The notes beneath the pieces are model-generated. The model saw nothing but the letters and a program-made list of their open reading frames with translations. It had not been told where the DNA came from and did no database searches. Positions 1 through 10,848 of a stretch of DNA of 64,000 nt are shown here, piece after piece (position 1 is the first letter of the stretch; the number at the start of each line of letters is the position of its first letter). The stretch covers positions 1,056,001 through 1,120,000 of the forward strand of contig CAWJMB010000002.1 of NCBI GenBank assembly GCA_963843845.1. Reading direction: 5' to 3'. This DNA is from an uncultured Gemmatimonadaceae bacterium. Lineage in GTDB: Bacteria; Gemmatimonadota; Gemmatimonadetes; Gemmatimonadales; Gemmatimonadaceae. The position numbers and the translations under genes are program-made.

Positions 1-471
1 CTCGCTCGCGCCGAAGCGCGCCTTGAGCCACCCCGGCAGCGCCCCGACGAGACCGCCCGCGATGCCGGCGGCGAGACAGCACAGCGGTATGGCGAGCAAC
101 CCCGGCGTGCCGGCGGGCAGCGTGAGCGACACGAGCGCCGCCGCGAACCCCCCGGTCGCGAGCTGGCTCTCGGCGCCGACGTTGAACAGTCCGGCGCGCG
201 CGCCGATCGCGAACGCGAGCCCGGTGAAGGTCAGCGTCGTCGTCTTGTAGAGCACCTGCCCGAATCCGTACGCGTTCCCCCACGTCCCCTCGAGCAGCAG
301 CCGATACACGGCTCCCGGCGCCTGGCCGAACGTCAGGATCAAGAGATCGCCGACGAGCACCGCGACGAGCAGCGCGACGATCGCGGGCAGCACGGCCTCC
401 TCGATGCCGACGCGCGCTGCCGACCGCGCCTCGGCGCGGCCCGCGCCGCCGGGATGCGCGGGCGCCGTCAC
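1..471 (-). CDS. ABC transporter permease (nucleoside/sugar, BMP-associated), 3' end outside window
   Basis: Read manually. The GTG at 471 overlaps the ATPase stop (GTGA). Hydrophobic helices and the motif LTFTGLAFAIGARAGLFNVGAESQ are typical of this permease family. Confidence 0.88.
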   Translation of the reverse strand, partial: MTAPAHPGGAGRAEARSAARVGIEEAVLPAIVALLVAVLVGDLLILTFGQAPGAVYRLLLEGTWGNAYGFGQVLYKTTTLTFTGLAFAIGARAGLFNVGAESQLATGGFAAALVSLTLPAGTPGLLAIPLCCLAAGIAGGLVGALPGWLKARFGASE

Positions 472-2084
472 GCCGCGCTCTCCGTCGCGGCGCCTGTCAT
501 GTACGGGCCCAACACCTCGGCGCTCGCCTCGCGGCGCGGCAGCACGGTCGCGAATCGGCCGCGGTACATCACGGCGACGCGGTCGGAGAGCGCGAGGATC
601 TCCGCGAGATCGGCGGAGACGAGCACGATCGCCTTGCCGGCGTCGCGCGCGGCGCGCAGTTGGCCGTGGATGAACTCGATCGCGCCGACGTCGACGCCGC
701 GCGTGGGCTGCGCCGCGAGCAGCACGGCGTAGTCGCGCCCCGTCATCTCGCGCGCGACGACGATCTTCTGCTGGTTGCCGCCGGACAGTGCGCGCGCCGG
801 CAGCCGCGCGTCGCTCGGGCGGATGTCGTAGGTCGCGATCTGTCGACGTGCGTTGTCCTCGATCCGCGCGCGGTCGAGCTGCGCGCCGCGCGTGAAGCGG
901 TGCTGCAAGCCGAGGATCAGGTTGTCGCCGATCGAGTAGTCGAGCACGAGCCCGCGCCGGTGGCGATCTTCCGGCACGTGCGACAGCCCCGCGTCCGCCC
1001 GCTCGCGCACGCCGAGCGTCGTGACGTCTCGGCCGCCGATCTCGATGCGGCCGCTCGTGGGGCCGGCGAGCCCGGCGATCGCTTCGATCAGCTCCGTCTG
1101 TCCGTTCCCTTCCACGCCCGCGATGCCGAAGATCTCGCCGGCGGGAACCGCGAACGACACGCGATCGACCTCGTTCGGCCGACGTGTGGAAGGGACGACC
1201 AGGTCGCGAACGACGAGGGGAGATGTGCCGGGGATCGAGGATCGGGGATCGGGACCCGGTCGGTGATCGGCCTCCCGTTCCCCGATCTCCGATCCCCGGT
1301 CCCCGACCAGGTCGAGCGCCAACGCCACCTCCCGCCCCACCATCGCCCGCGCGATCTCCCGCGGCGTCGTCTCCGCCGTCCGCAGCCGCCCGACGGTCGC
1401 GCCGGCCCGCATCACCGTGATCGCGTCCGAGATCTCGACGACTTCATCGAGCTTGTGCGTGATGAGGACGACCGTGCCGCCGCTCGCCGCGAGGCCACGC
1501 AGCACGCGCCACAGCTCGCGCACTTCCGGCGGCGAGAGCACGGCGGTCGGCTCGTCGAGCACGAGGAGGCGGGCGCCGCGGTAGAGCACCTTCAGGATCT
1601 CGACGCGCTGCGCCTCTCCGACGCTCAACTCGGCGACGGGGCGGTCGACGGGAACCGCCAGGCCGGTCCGCTCGCACAGCGCCCGCACGTCGCGCTCGGC
1701 CCGCGCGCGGTCGAGCGTGAGGCCGCTCGTCAGCTCCATGCCCAACGTCACGTTCTCGGCGACGGTCAGCGTGGGGACGAGCATGAAGTGCTGGTGCACC
1801 ATCCCGACGCCGGCCGCGATCGCCTCGGCGGTCGACCAGCCGGTGACGTCGCGCAACGCAGCCTGCCCCGAGTGCGGCGCCGGGTCCGGCCCGGCGACCT
1901 CGATCGTTCCCGCGTCGGGGGGGAACATGCCGGCGAGCATCCGCATCAGCGTCGACTTGCCGGCGCCGTTCTCGCCGACGAGCGCGTGGATCTCGCCCGC
2001 CTCGGCTTCGAGCGACGCGTCGCGGTTCGCCTGCACGGCGCCGAACGCCTTCGCGACGCCCTGGATCCGGATCGAGCGCGCCAC
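468..2084 (-). CDS. ABC transporter ATP-binding protein with two nucleotide-binding domains (nucleoside/sugar family)
   Basis: C-terminal part of ORF 468..3140. Walker A GENGAGKST, MVHQHFML, LDEPT, LSGGNQQK, AQPTRGVDVGA. The GTG at 2084 lies just after the BMP gene stop. Confidence 0.93.
   Translation of the reverse strand: MARSIRIQGVAKAFGAVQANRDASLEAEAGEIHALVGENGAGKSTLMRMLAGMFPPDAGTIEVAGPDPAPHSGQAALRDVTGWSTAEAIAAGVGMVHQHFMLVPTLTVAENVTLGMELTSGLTLDRARAERDVRALCERTGLAVPVDRPVAELSVGEAQRVEILKVLYRGARLLVLDEPTAVLSPPEVRELWRVLRGLAASGGTVVLITHKLDEVVEISDAITVMRAGATVGRLRTAETTPREIARAMVGREVALALDLVGDRGSEIGEREADHRPGPDPRSSIPGTSPLVVRDLVVPSTRRPNEVDRVSFAVPAGEIFGIAGVEGNGQTELIEAIAGLAGPTSGRIEIGGRDVTTLGVRERADAGLSHVPEDRHRRGLVLDYSIGDNLILGLQHRFTRGAQLDRARIEDNARRQIATYDIRPSDARLPARALSGGNQQKIVVAREMTGRDYAVLLAAQPTRGVDVGAIEFIHGQLRAARDAGKAIVLVSADLAEILALSDRVAVMYRGRFATVLPRREASAEVLGPYMTGAATESAA
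1229..1305. repeat. Heptamer palindrome (GGGGATC)n...(GATCCCC)n, in frame within the ATPase linker
   Basis: Left arm GGGGATC GAGGATC GGGGATC GGGA, right arm TCCCC GATCTCC GATCCCC GGTCCCC. Encodes GDRGSEIGEREADHRPGPDPRSSIP. Confidence 0.8.
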
Positions 2085-2086
2085 GG

Positions 2087-3125
2087 CTACCGCTCCGCGG
2101 GGACGGTGATCGCGCCGGCGATGATCGAGTCGCGCAGCGCGGTGAGGCGCGCCTGCATCGCGTCCGGAATCAGCCGACGATTGTTCGCGTCGTACACGTA
2201 GCCGACGCCGTTCTCCTTGAGCCCGAACTGCCGGATGCCGCCGCGGAACGCGCCGTTCTTCACGCTCGCGATGACGTCGTAGACGGCCGCGTCGACGCCC
2301 TTCACCATCGACGTCAGGACGAACCCCGGCGCCTCGTCGTACTGATCCGCGTCGACGCCGATGGCGAGCCGCCCCGTCGCCCGCGCCGCCTCGAACACGC
2401 CGAGGCCCGTCGAGCCGGAGGCGTGGAAGATGATGTTCACGCCGGACTGATACTGGCTGAGCGCGAGCTCCTTGCCGCGCCCCGGGTTCCGGAACGCCTC
2501 GGGCGTCACGCCGGCGTACTGCGCGACGACCTGACAGGTCGGGCAGACGTGCAGCACGCCGGCGCGGTAGCCGGCCTCGAACTTGTGAATGAGCGGGATG
2601 TCCATCCCGCCGACGAAGCCGACGCGTTTCGCGTTCCCTGTCGAGTGCGGCGAGCGCGCCGACGAGATACGAGCCCTGCTCCTCGCGGAACTTGATCGCC
2701 GGCAGGTTCGGCGGCGGCTGCACGACGCTCCCCGTCGAGTCGGTCGCGAGCGCGTAGTCGACGCCGGCGAAGTGCGTGGCCGGATACTCCTTCGCGAGCG
2801 ACGTGAGGTCGTCGGTGAAGATGAAGCCGACGCCGATGACGAGATCCATCCCTTCCGCGGCGAGGAGCCGCAGCCCCGCCTCGCGGTCCGAGCCTTCGCC
2901 CGGCTCGATGAAGCGGATGCGCGCGCCGAGGGTCTCGGCTGCGCGCATGGCGCCGACGTAGGCGCCGTCGTTGAACGACTTGTCGCCGCGCCCGCCGACG
3001 TCGAACACGACGCCGACGTCGAGCCCTTCGGTCGTCGTCGGCTCGGCGGCGCCGGAGGGGTGCACGAACAGGAGCGCGACGTGTGCCGCGAGCAGCGCCG
3101 CGATGACGAGCAGGAGGGTGCGCAT
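2087..3125 (-). CDS. BMP family ABC substrate-binding protein, one frameshift near 2641
   Basis: The N-half (GGRGDKSFND, IGVGFIF, FREEQGSYLVGALAAL) is in ORF 468..3140. The C-half (VGFVGGMDIPLIHKFEAGY, AIGVDADQ, LTSMVK) is in ORF 2087..2605. One extra base joins them. Confidence 0.88.
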
Positions 3126-3231
3126 GAGGTGGGAGAACAATACGACGACGCGCCCGGTGGCGAGAGGCCACCGGGCGCGTCGATTCGACCGCGCCGCCTG
3201 ATGGCGACGCGTCGTCAGGGCGTCGTGACGG

Positions 3232-4810
3232 TCAGCTCAGCGGCGCGTAGCGGAACGCGACGATCCCCGCCTTCGCGGACTCGAAGCGCGCCTGCTTCTT
3301 GTCGCCGGCGCCGATCGGCCCGACGGTCTGCGTCTGCGAGTCGACGACGTTCCCGTTCGTGTCGAGGAACTCGAGCGTCACGGTGTACGTCTTCGGTGCG
3401 GCGGAGGCCGCCGCTGCCGGCTTCGCGGCCGGACGCGCGCCGGCGCGGGCGGGCGCGGCAGGGGCCGGCGGCGGCGTGGTCGCGACACCCTCGATCTGCA
3501 TGCCGATCACCGCGCGCGACTCGCCGCGCGTGAACTCGGTGAAGGTCACCTTCACCGGCATCGTCTCCGACTTCTGGTAGTACTTGAACGCGGAGTCGTT
3601 GAGCGCCTTCTTCGCGCCGGCGGCGGCTGCGTTCGCCATCCCGTTGTAGGCGAGCGACATGAACGCGTAGTTGTCGCCGTTCGACGGGTCGACGTCGATG
3701 AGCCGGCGCGCGATCGGGATCAGCTTCTCGTACTGCTTCCCCTGCAGATACATCGAGCTGAGGTTGTTCAGCCCGTCGCGCTGATACGGGTTCTGCGCGA
3801 TCGCCGCCTCGGTGAGCCGGATCGCGTCCTCGGTCTTGCCGGACTGCGAGGCGATGACGCCGCTCTGCGTCAGCGTGAGGTCGTTGTACTTCGACGGGTT
3901 CGCGAGCTGGTCGGCGTAGGTCGCCGCGACGGCGGCCACGTCGCCCGACATCTGGAGCAGCTGGGCGAGCACCGGCTGCGCGCGTGCCGCCATCGCGTCA
4001 CCGGCCGGCACCGCCGCGATCACCGCCTGGAACGCCGCCGCGGCCTCCTTGGCGAGCGCCTTCTGCTGCTCGCCCGACGCGTTCTGCGCCGCCTGCGCCT
4101 TCGTCGCCGCGATGTTGTACATCGCGTTGTTCTTGATGTCGCGGTAGGTCGTGTCCGAGCCGGCCGTCTCGATCAGGCGCTGCCAGTAGCGCGTCGCGGC
4201 GGCGTTGTCGTCCTTGTTCTGCGCGACGACCGAGAGCACGTGGTACGCGTACGGGCTGTTCTGATACATGATCAGCGACCGGGTCGCGTAGTACTCCGCG
4301 GAGTCCGCCTTGCCGGCGTTCAGCGAGTTGATCGCGCCGTTGACCTGGTTCAGCCACGCCTGGTTCTGGCGGAGCTGCATCGCGAGGTCGGCACACTTCG
4401 GGTCCGCGGCGACGAGGCGCTTGAGCGCCGAGTCGGCCGCGAGGAAGACGTCGATCGTGGCGCTCGGGTCGGTGGTGTAGCCGAGCATCGAACGCTGCAC
4501 GACGCCACCCATGCCCGGCTCGGCCGCCCACTGCGTGAGGGCCTGCGCCATCATGTACGCCTGGCCAGCCTGGTTGTCGGACGACTTCTCGTTGCTGACC
4601 TCCTTCACCACGGTCGACAGGAGGCGCCCACGCTCTTCCGGCTTCGTGGCCGCCGACATGCGCACGAGGGCGAGCGTCGAGTTCTGGACCGACCGCGGCT
4701 TGTTCTGGTCAGGCGAGCACGCGCCAGCGCCGGCAGCCGCCTGGGCGGTCAGCGCGAACGGCACGAGCAGGGTCGGCAGGCAGCGCGAGGCTGACGCGAC
4801 GTAACTTCAT
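3232..4810 (-). CDS. Exported tetratricopeptide-repeat protein, probable frameshift near 4780 in the signal peptide
   Basis: TPR-like Ala/Tyr-rich helical repeats and a Pro/Ala linker. GGAG RBS and ATG at 4810 give MKLRRVSLAL, which joins LPTLLVPFALTAQA after removing one base. Confidence 0.7.
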
Positions 4811-4934
4811 GAATGGTCTCCAGGATGCAGGACGCAAGGGTAGGGACAGCGCAAAGATATACTGTTGTTCGGCGCGCGGGTTCCGCGCGCGCGTCCGCCG
4901 AATGGTGACCGGGATCGCATCTCACACCTCGCTC

Positions 4935-6471
4935 ATGGTCGATCGACTTCGCACGCGCATCCTCGTCGTCGGGCACCGGCGTCGCCGGCCTGCACACCGC
5001 CTGGCGGTCGAGCGAGGCCGGCGACGTGTTGCTGCTCACGAAACGCTCGCTCTTCGACTCGTCGACCGCCTACGCGCAGGGCGGCATCGCCGCGGCCCTC
5101 GGCGCCGGCGACTCGCCGGCGCTGCACCGGGAGGACACGCTCGCCGCGGGCGCCGCGCTCTGCGACGCGGCGGCGGTGCAGGTGCTCGTCGAGGAGGGGC
5201 CCGCGCGGGTACGCGAGCTGCAGCTCGCCGGCGCCCGCTTCGACCTCACGCCGAGCGGCGACTTCAAGCTCGGGCGCGAGGCGGCGCACTCGCGGCGCCG
5301 CATCGTCCACGCACAGGGCGATCAGACCGGGGCCGAGGTGGCGCGGACGCTGATCGCGCGCGTGCGCGACAGCGCGCGGGTCACGGTGCTCGAGCGGGCG
5401 CGCGTGCTCGACCTGGTCGTCGAGACCATCGACGGCGTCCCGACGGTCATCGGCGCACGAGCCAGCGTCGCCGGCCGCGCGACCGAGATCATCGCCGACG
5501 CGACCGTGCTCGCGACCGGAGGGTGCGGGCAGGTCTTCCGCTACACGACGAACCCCGAGGTCGCGACCGGCGACGGCTTCGCGATCGCGCACCGCGCCGG
5601 CGCTCGGCTCGCGGACATGGAGTTCGTGCAGTTCCACCCGACCGCGCTCGACACGCGCGAGAACCCGCTGTCGCTCATCTCCGAAGCGGTGCGCGGCGAG
5701 GGCGCCGTGCTGCGCAACGCCGCCGGCGAGCGCTTCATGCCCGCGCGACACCGGCTGGCCGAGCTCGCGCCGCGCGACGTCGTGGCGCGCGAGATCTTCC
5801 GCGAGCAGCAGGAGGGGACCGTCTACCTCGACGCGCGGTCGATCGGCACGAAGGACGGCGCGCCGTTCGCGACGCGCTTTCCCGGCATCACGGCGATCTG
5901 TCGCGCGCGCGGCATCGACCCGCAGCACGACCTGATCCCGGTGACGCCCGCCGCGCACTACATGATGGGGGGGATCGTCACCGACCTCCGCGGCCGATCG
6001 AGTCTCGCGCGGCTGTACGCGTGCGGCGAGGTCGCGCGCACCGGCGTGCACGGCGCGAACCGGCTCGCCTCGAACTCGCTGCTCGAGGGGCTCGTGTTCG
6101 CCGAGCGGGTGGCCCGCGACCTCGAGGGAACGCCGCGGCTCGGCGCGCACCCGCGGCGGCGGGCGGCGTGGGAGGTGCCGCCGCTCGCCGACCGCGGCGC
6201 GGCGCAGGTGGCGGCGGACGCGATCCGCTCGGCGATGTGGGAGCACGCGGGGATCGACCGCACGGCGCGCGGGCTGCGCGCCGGGCTCGCGCGGCTCGAC
6301 GAGATCGAGGCGCGGCTCACCCCCGGGATGACGGAGGAGCGAAACCTGCTCGACACCGGGCGGCTCGTCGCGGAGGCGGCATTGCTGCGGAAGGAGTCGC
6401 GAGGAGGGCACTTCCGGAGCGACTTCCCGCGGGACCGACGGAAGTGGCAGGGGAAGCACATCGAGTGGTAG
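4935..6471 (+). CDS. nadB: L-aspartate oxidase, frameshift near 4971
   Basis: Removing one G restores ILVVGTGVAG. Motifs AQGGIAA, EAAHSRRRIVH, QFHPT, ELAPRDVVAR, GVHGANRLASNSLLE, ESRGGH. Upstream of nadA and nadC. Confidence 0.93.
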
Positions 6472-6514
6472 CCCGACCCCGGTGGGGCGGAACGAACTCA
6501 CTAGGTTGCGTATC

Positions 6515-7536
6515 ATGACCGTTCTTCAAGCTGACTACGATCAGGCGCTCCACGACGAGATCCGCCGCGCGGCCGAAGCCCGCAACGCCGTCATCCTCGC
6601 GCACAACTACGAGCGTCCCGAAGTGCAGGACGTCGCGCACTACGTCGGCGACTCGTTGGGCCTCTCGCGCGAGGCCGCGAAGACCGACGCCGACGTCATC
6701 GTGTTCTGCGGCGTGCACTTCATGGCCGAGACCGCCGCGATCCTGTCGCCCGGCAAGACCGTGCTGCTCCCCGACCTCGCCGCCGGCTGCTCGCTCGCCG
6801 CGACGATCGACGCCGCGCAGCTGCGCGCGTGGAAGGCCGAGCACCCCGGCGCGGTCGTCGTCGCCTACGTCAACACGACCGCCGAGGTGAAGGCGGAGAG
6901 CGACTACTGCTGCACGTCCGGGAACGCCGTCGAAGTCATTCACGCGATCCCCGAGGATACCGAGATCCTCTTTCTCCCCGACATGTTCCTCGGCGCCCAC
7001 GTGCGGCGCGTGACGGGGCGGAAGAACATCCACGTGTGGATGGGGGAGTGCCACGTGCACGCCGGGATCGACCCCGAGCACATCAATCTGCAGCGCGCGG
7101 CGCACCCGGAGGCCGAGTTCCTCATCCACCCCGAGTGCGGGTGCGCGACGCCCGTCGTCGAGGCGGTGTCGGCCGGAGCGATCGATCCGGCGGGCGTGCA
7201 CATCCTGTCGACCGAAGGGATGATCAAGCGCCCCGGCGACAGCCCCGCGAGCGAGTTCATCGTCGCGACCGAGCTGGGGATTCTGCACCGCCTGCGGCGC
7301 GCGCACCCGACGAAGACGTTCTTCGCCGCGAACGACCGCGCGCAGTGTGCCTACATGAAGGTCACGACGCTGCCGAAGGTGCTGCGCTCGCTCGAGACGC
7401 TGACGCACCGGATCACCGTGCCCGACGACGTCGCCGCACGGGCGCGGCTCGCGATCGAGCGGATGGTCGCGATCGGCGGCACGGGCGGCCCGGCCCTCTC
7501 GCCGTTCCGGACGTCGGACGAGGACCTGGCGAATGA
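6515..7536 (+). CDS. nadA: Quinolinate synthase A; the stop codon is out of frame because of an apparent 1-bp deletion near 7526
   Basis: ILAHNY, GDSLGLS, FCGVHFMAETA, GCSLA, AYVN, GECHVH, HPEC, CAYMK. GAGGAC[C]CTGGCGAATGA would end EDPGE* with an ATGA overlap on nadC. Confidence 0.93.
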
Positions 7537-8420
7537 CGAGTCCCGACCGCGCGGTCGTCGTGCCGGTCGACCCGGTCGTCTTCCCGCTGACGGCCGCGCA
7601 GACCTCGCTGCTCGTGCGCGAGGCGCTCGTCGAGGACGAGGCGTTCAACGACGTCACGACGCTCGCCACGGTCGTCAGCGACCGGCGCGCGCGCGCACAC
7701 ATCGCCGCCCGCGCGAACGGCGTCCTCGCCGGTCTGCCGCTCGCCGTCGACGCGTTTCGCCAGATCGACCCGCGCATCGACGTGCGGATCGACGTGCCCG
7801 ACGGCGGGACGCTGACCGCGGGGATGCCGGTGGTGTTCATGAGCGGCCACGCGCGCGGCATCCTGTCGGCCGAGCGGGTCGCGCTGAACTTCCTGCAGCG
7901 GCTGTCGGGGATCGCGAGCCTCACGGCGAAGTACGTGGCGGCGGTCGCGGGCACGGGAGCGCGGATCCTCGACACGCGCAAGACGACGCCCGGGTGGCGC
8001 AAGCTCGAGAAATACGCCGTGCGGGCCGGCGGCGGCGTGAACCACCGCATGGATCTCGCGACGGCGGTGCTCATCAAGGACAACCACCTCGTCGCGGTCG
8101 ACGGCGACGTGGCGTTCGCCGTGCGGCAGGCGCGCGCGCTCGCCCCGGCCGGCGCGCCCGTGGAGGTCGAGTGCGACACGCCCGCGCAGGTCGACGCCGC
8201 GCTCGCCGCCGGGGCGGAGATGATCCTGCTCGACAACATGTCGCTCGACGCGCTGCGCGCGTGCGCCGCGCGCTGCAAGGGGCGCGCGATCACGGAGGCG
8301 TCCGGCGGCGTGCGGCTCGACACGGTCCGCGCGATCGCCGACACCGGGGTCGACCGCATCTCGGTCGGCGCGCTCACGCACTCGGCCCCGGCGCTGGACC
8401 TCGCGCTCGACTTCGACTAG
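7533..8420 (+). CDS. nadC: Nicotinate-nucleotide pyrophosphorylase (quinolinate phosphoribosyltransferase)
   Basis: ERVALNFLQRLSGIA, DTRKTTPG, NHRMDL, LIKDNH, EVECD, ILLDN, EASGG, ISVGALTHS. Confidence 0.96.
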   Translation: MTSPDRAVVVPVDPVVFPLTAAQTSLLVREALVEDEAFNDVTTLATVVSDRRARAHIAARANGVLAGLPLAVDAFRQIDPRIDVRIDVPDGGTLTAGMPVVFMSGHARGILSAERVALNFLQRLSGIASLTAKYVAAVAGTGARILDTRKTTPGWRKLEKYAVRAGGGVNHRMDLATAVLIKDNHLVAVDGDVAFAVRQARALAPAGAPVEVECDTPAQVDAALAAGAEMILLDNMSLDALRACAARCKGRAITEASGGVRLDTVRAIADTGVDRISVGALTHSAPALDLALDFD

Positions 8421-8441
8421 GACGCTCGGACGCCCGGCCGC

Positions 8442-8468
8442 GGAATAAAACTCCGGCCCGCGCCGTCA
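8442..8468 (+). promoter_or_regulatory. Possible ECF-sigma-type promoter
   Basis: GGAAT-N17-CGTCA upstream of the CHRD/PEP-CTERM gene resembles the GGAA...CGT ECF consensus. Pattern match only. Confidence 0.3.
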
Positions 8469-8537
8469 CGCAGACCGGCCGCCGTCCGCATCGCGACGGG
8501 GCCGGGCAGCTCAACCTTTCTTCGTGGAGTGGCGCGT

Positions 8538-9182
8538 ATGCGGACGCACAGGCAGCGACTGGGATCGGCGGCGGGCGCGGTGGCGGGCGCGGTGGCGGGC
8601 GCGGTAGCGAGGGCGGTGGTGATCCTCACCGTGGCGACGGCGGCCGGCGCGCAGACGGTGCGCAGCGGCTTCTACACGTACAACCAGGAAGTGCCGCCCC
8701 CCCCGCTCGTCGTCTCCCCCGGCACGGGCAACTTCTCGGCGACGCTGAACGCCGCGAACACGACGCTGCTGGTCACCCTGGACTTCATGAACCTGCTGCA
8801 GCCGGCGACGGGGGCCCACATCCACATCGGCGGGCCGACGACGAGCGGGCCGATCGCGATCGACTTCGCGACGCCGACCGGGATGTTCCCGACCGGGGTC
8901 CGGTCCGGGACGTACTCGCACCTGTTCGACCTCGACGCGGCCGCGTCGTACGGGGCCGGCTACCTCGGGGGCTTCGGCGGCAGCGTCGACGCGGCGAAGG
9001 CGAACTTCATCACGAACTTCACGGCGAGCACGGTCTACGGGAACATCCACTCGTCGGCCCGGCCGGCCGGCGAGATCCGCGCGAACGTCGGCATCTTCGC
9101 CGCGCCGGAGCCGTCGACATACGCGCTCATGGCGACCGGGCTCGTCGGCCTCGGGCTCGTCGCACGGCGGCGGCGGGCCTAG
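8538..9182 (+). CDS. CHRD-domain protein with C-terminal PEP-CTERM sorting signal
   Basis: Signal peptide. CHRD-like TGAHIH and YGNIHSSARPAGEIR. C-terminus APEPSTYALMATGLVGLGLVARRRRA. GGAG RBS. Confidence 0.85.
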   Translation: MRTHRQRLGSAAGAVAGAVAGAVARAVVILTVATAAGAQTVRSGFYTYNQEVPPPPLVVSPGTGNFSATLNAANTTLLVTLDFMNLLQPATGAHIHIGGPTTSGPIAIDFATPTGMFPTGVRSGTYSHLFDLDAAASYGAGYLGGFGGSVDAAKANFITNFTASTVYGNIHSSARPAGEIRANVGIFAAPEPSTYALMATGLVGLGLVARRRRA

Positions 9183-9826
9183 TCATCGATGGGGCGTCCC
9201 AATCGCATGCCCGGCATGCCCGGCGTGGATGGCATGCCGGGCATGGACGGCATGGGGGGCATCGGCGCGGCGCTATCGGCGGCCGCCGGGCGGTCGGAGA
9301 GGTGCTCCTGCACGATGACCCACCGCCCGTCGCGCCGCGCGAACACCGCCGTCCACGCGCCGCCGATCGAGTGCGGTCGTCCTTCGGGGGTGCGGTGCGG
9401 AATCGTGTAGGTCATGGTCAGCACCGCCGCGTCAGGGCCGAGCACCGTGACGTGGCGTTGGTCGAACAGGAAGCGCGGCTGCTGCATGTTCTGCCCGACG
9501 CGCGTCCAGAACTGCTCGATCGACCGTTGCAGCGCGGCGCGCGTCGTCGTGACGCGTCCGCCGGCGGCCGAGACGACGGGGTCGTGCGCTGGGTAGAGCG
9601 CCATCAGCCGCGCGACGGCGTCCGGGCGCGACAGGTCGTAGGCGTGAACGACGAGGCCCGCGAGCGTGTCCCCCAACGCCGCGTCGCGACGCTGCGTGCT
9701 CGACGGGGCGCGGTCGCAGGCGGCGGCGAGCGTCGCCAGCACCGTCGCGGCGACGAGGACACCGAGCGCCCGCGCTCGGACGACTGCGAGTCTGGTGGTA
9801 GGGTGACGCACGTCGAGCGAGTTCAT
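9179..9826 (-). CDS. NTF2-like (DUF4440/SnoaL-type) lipoprotein with Met/Pro/Gly-rich tail
   Basis: Lipobox LAAAC. VTVLGPDAAVLT and WTAVFARRDGRWVIVQEHLS are typical NTF2-like C-terminal strands. Start position uncertain. Confidence 0.75.
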   Translation of the reverse strand: MNSLDVRHPTTRLAVVRARALGVLVAATVLATLAAACDRAPSSTQRRDAALGDTLAGLVVHAYDLSRPDAVARLMALYPAHDPVVSAAGGRVTTTRAALQRSIEQFWTRVGQNMQQPRFLFDQRHVTVLGPDAAVLTMTYTIPHRTPEGRPHSIGGAWTAVFARRDGRWVIVQEHLSDRPAAADSAAPMPPMPSMPGMPSTPGMPGMRLGRPIDD

Positions 9827-10005
9827 GACGGTGAGCGCAGCGGTGACATCCGGCGAGGACGCCGGACTGTCCACGATGAAGGACGTGAAAGGGACGGTTA
9901 CCGACGCGCGCTCTGCGGAACACGCTGGTGGAATGCGCGGCCCGTGCCGTGCGGTACGGGCGAGCGTCCGGCACGACGCTGGATACCCGCCAGTCGGAGG
10001 AAACG

Positions 10006-10743
10006 GTGCGTTCACATTCGGTTCGGTACGGAATTCCGGCCGTGCTGCTCTCGCTCGTCGCGGGGGTGGCCTGCCGCGACGACGTGAAGGACACCACGGC
10101 GAGCGACGCGCTCGCGCGCGACCTCGCGCTCGCGCAGGCGAGCTCGGTCGCGCTCGCGCCGACCGCTCGCGACCTGCCGGCGACCCGCTTCATCTCGCCG
10201 CTCGAGTCCGGAGAGCGAGCCGTCGCCGGGAGCGGGCGCGCGCCGCGCATCGCGCGTCGATCGCCGAATCGTGCCCCCGCAGCGCAGGCCGGCGCCGGCG
10301 CCCCCGTCGAGTCGCCGGTCGTCTCGCAGTCGCCGCAGAGCGTCGCCGCGGAGGCCGAGATCGCTCCGGCGCCGGCGCCTGCCGTCGCCGACGAGGCGCC
10401 CGCGTCCGGGCCGTCGGCAGGCGAGAGCGCGACGGTGCTGCCGAACGACGGCGAGGTCACGGTGGCGCGTCCGGAAGACGGAACGGGCTCCGCCCCCACA
10501 GCGGGACGGCGCGGGCGCGGCGGCATCTTCGGCGGGATCGGCGGCGTCATCATTCGCGGCGGCTCGATCGGCGACGACGATCATTGCGAGCGCGACCAAC
10601 CGCGCGGCGGCCGCGGGGGGATCCTCGGCGGACGGATGCCGGTCGGGATCGCGGGGCCGGTCGGCTACCCGGGGAATGCGGGAACGTGGGGCGTGCCGCG
10701 CAGCGGCGTCGGACGCTCGCCGCGCGGCGGGGTGCGCTACTAG
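10006..10743 (+). CDS. Hypothetical low-complexity lipoprotein
   Basis: GGAGG RBS before GTG 10006, lipobox AGVAC, DALARDLALA, Pro/Ala- and Gly/Arg-rich regions. Confidence 0.65.
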   Translation: MRSHSVRYGIPAVLLSLVAGVACRDDVKDTTASDALARDLALAQASSVALAPTARDLPATRFISPLESGERAVAGSGRAPRIARRSPNRAPAAQAGAGAPVESPVVSQSPQSVAAEAEIAPAPAPAVADEAPASGPSAGESATVLPNDGEVTVARPEDGTGSAPTAGRRGRGGIFGGIGGVIIRGGSIGDDDHCERDQPRGGRGGILGGRMPVGIAGPVGYPGNAGTWGVPRSGVGRSPRGGVRY

Positions 10744-10848
10744 CGAGCGGCGAGATCGGATGCGGTGGATCACGGCGGTTCGGCGTTCGCGTCGAACCGC
10801 CGCCACGTTCGGGGGGTACGTCTCTGGAACCCTCAACGGAGCCCTCGC

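Noticed and set aside
468..3140. Apparent BMP-ABC ATPase fusion (890 aa)
   Set aside because: Produced by a 1-bp insertion near 2641. The BMP C-half and its own stop lie in another frame.
4811..4934. NAD-related riboswitch or NrtR/NadR operator upstream of nadB
   Set aside because: The region is short, and I saw no convincing conserved structure or palindrome.
6482..10087. 1201-aa NadA with a long C-terminal extension
   Set aside because: A missing base near 7526 skips the stop. The extension is off-frame Arg-rich translation across nadC and later genes.
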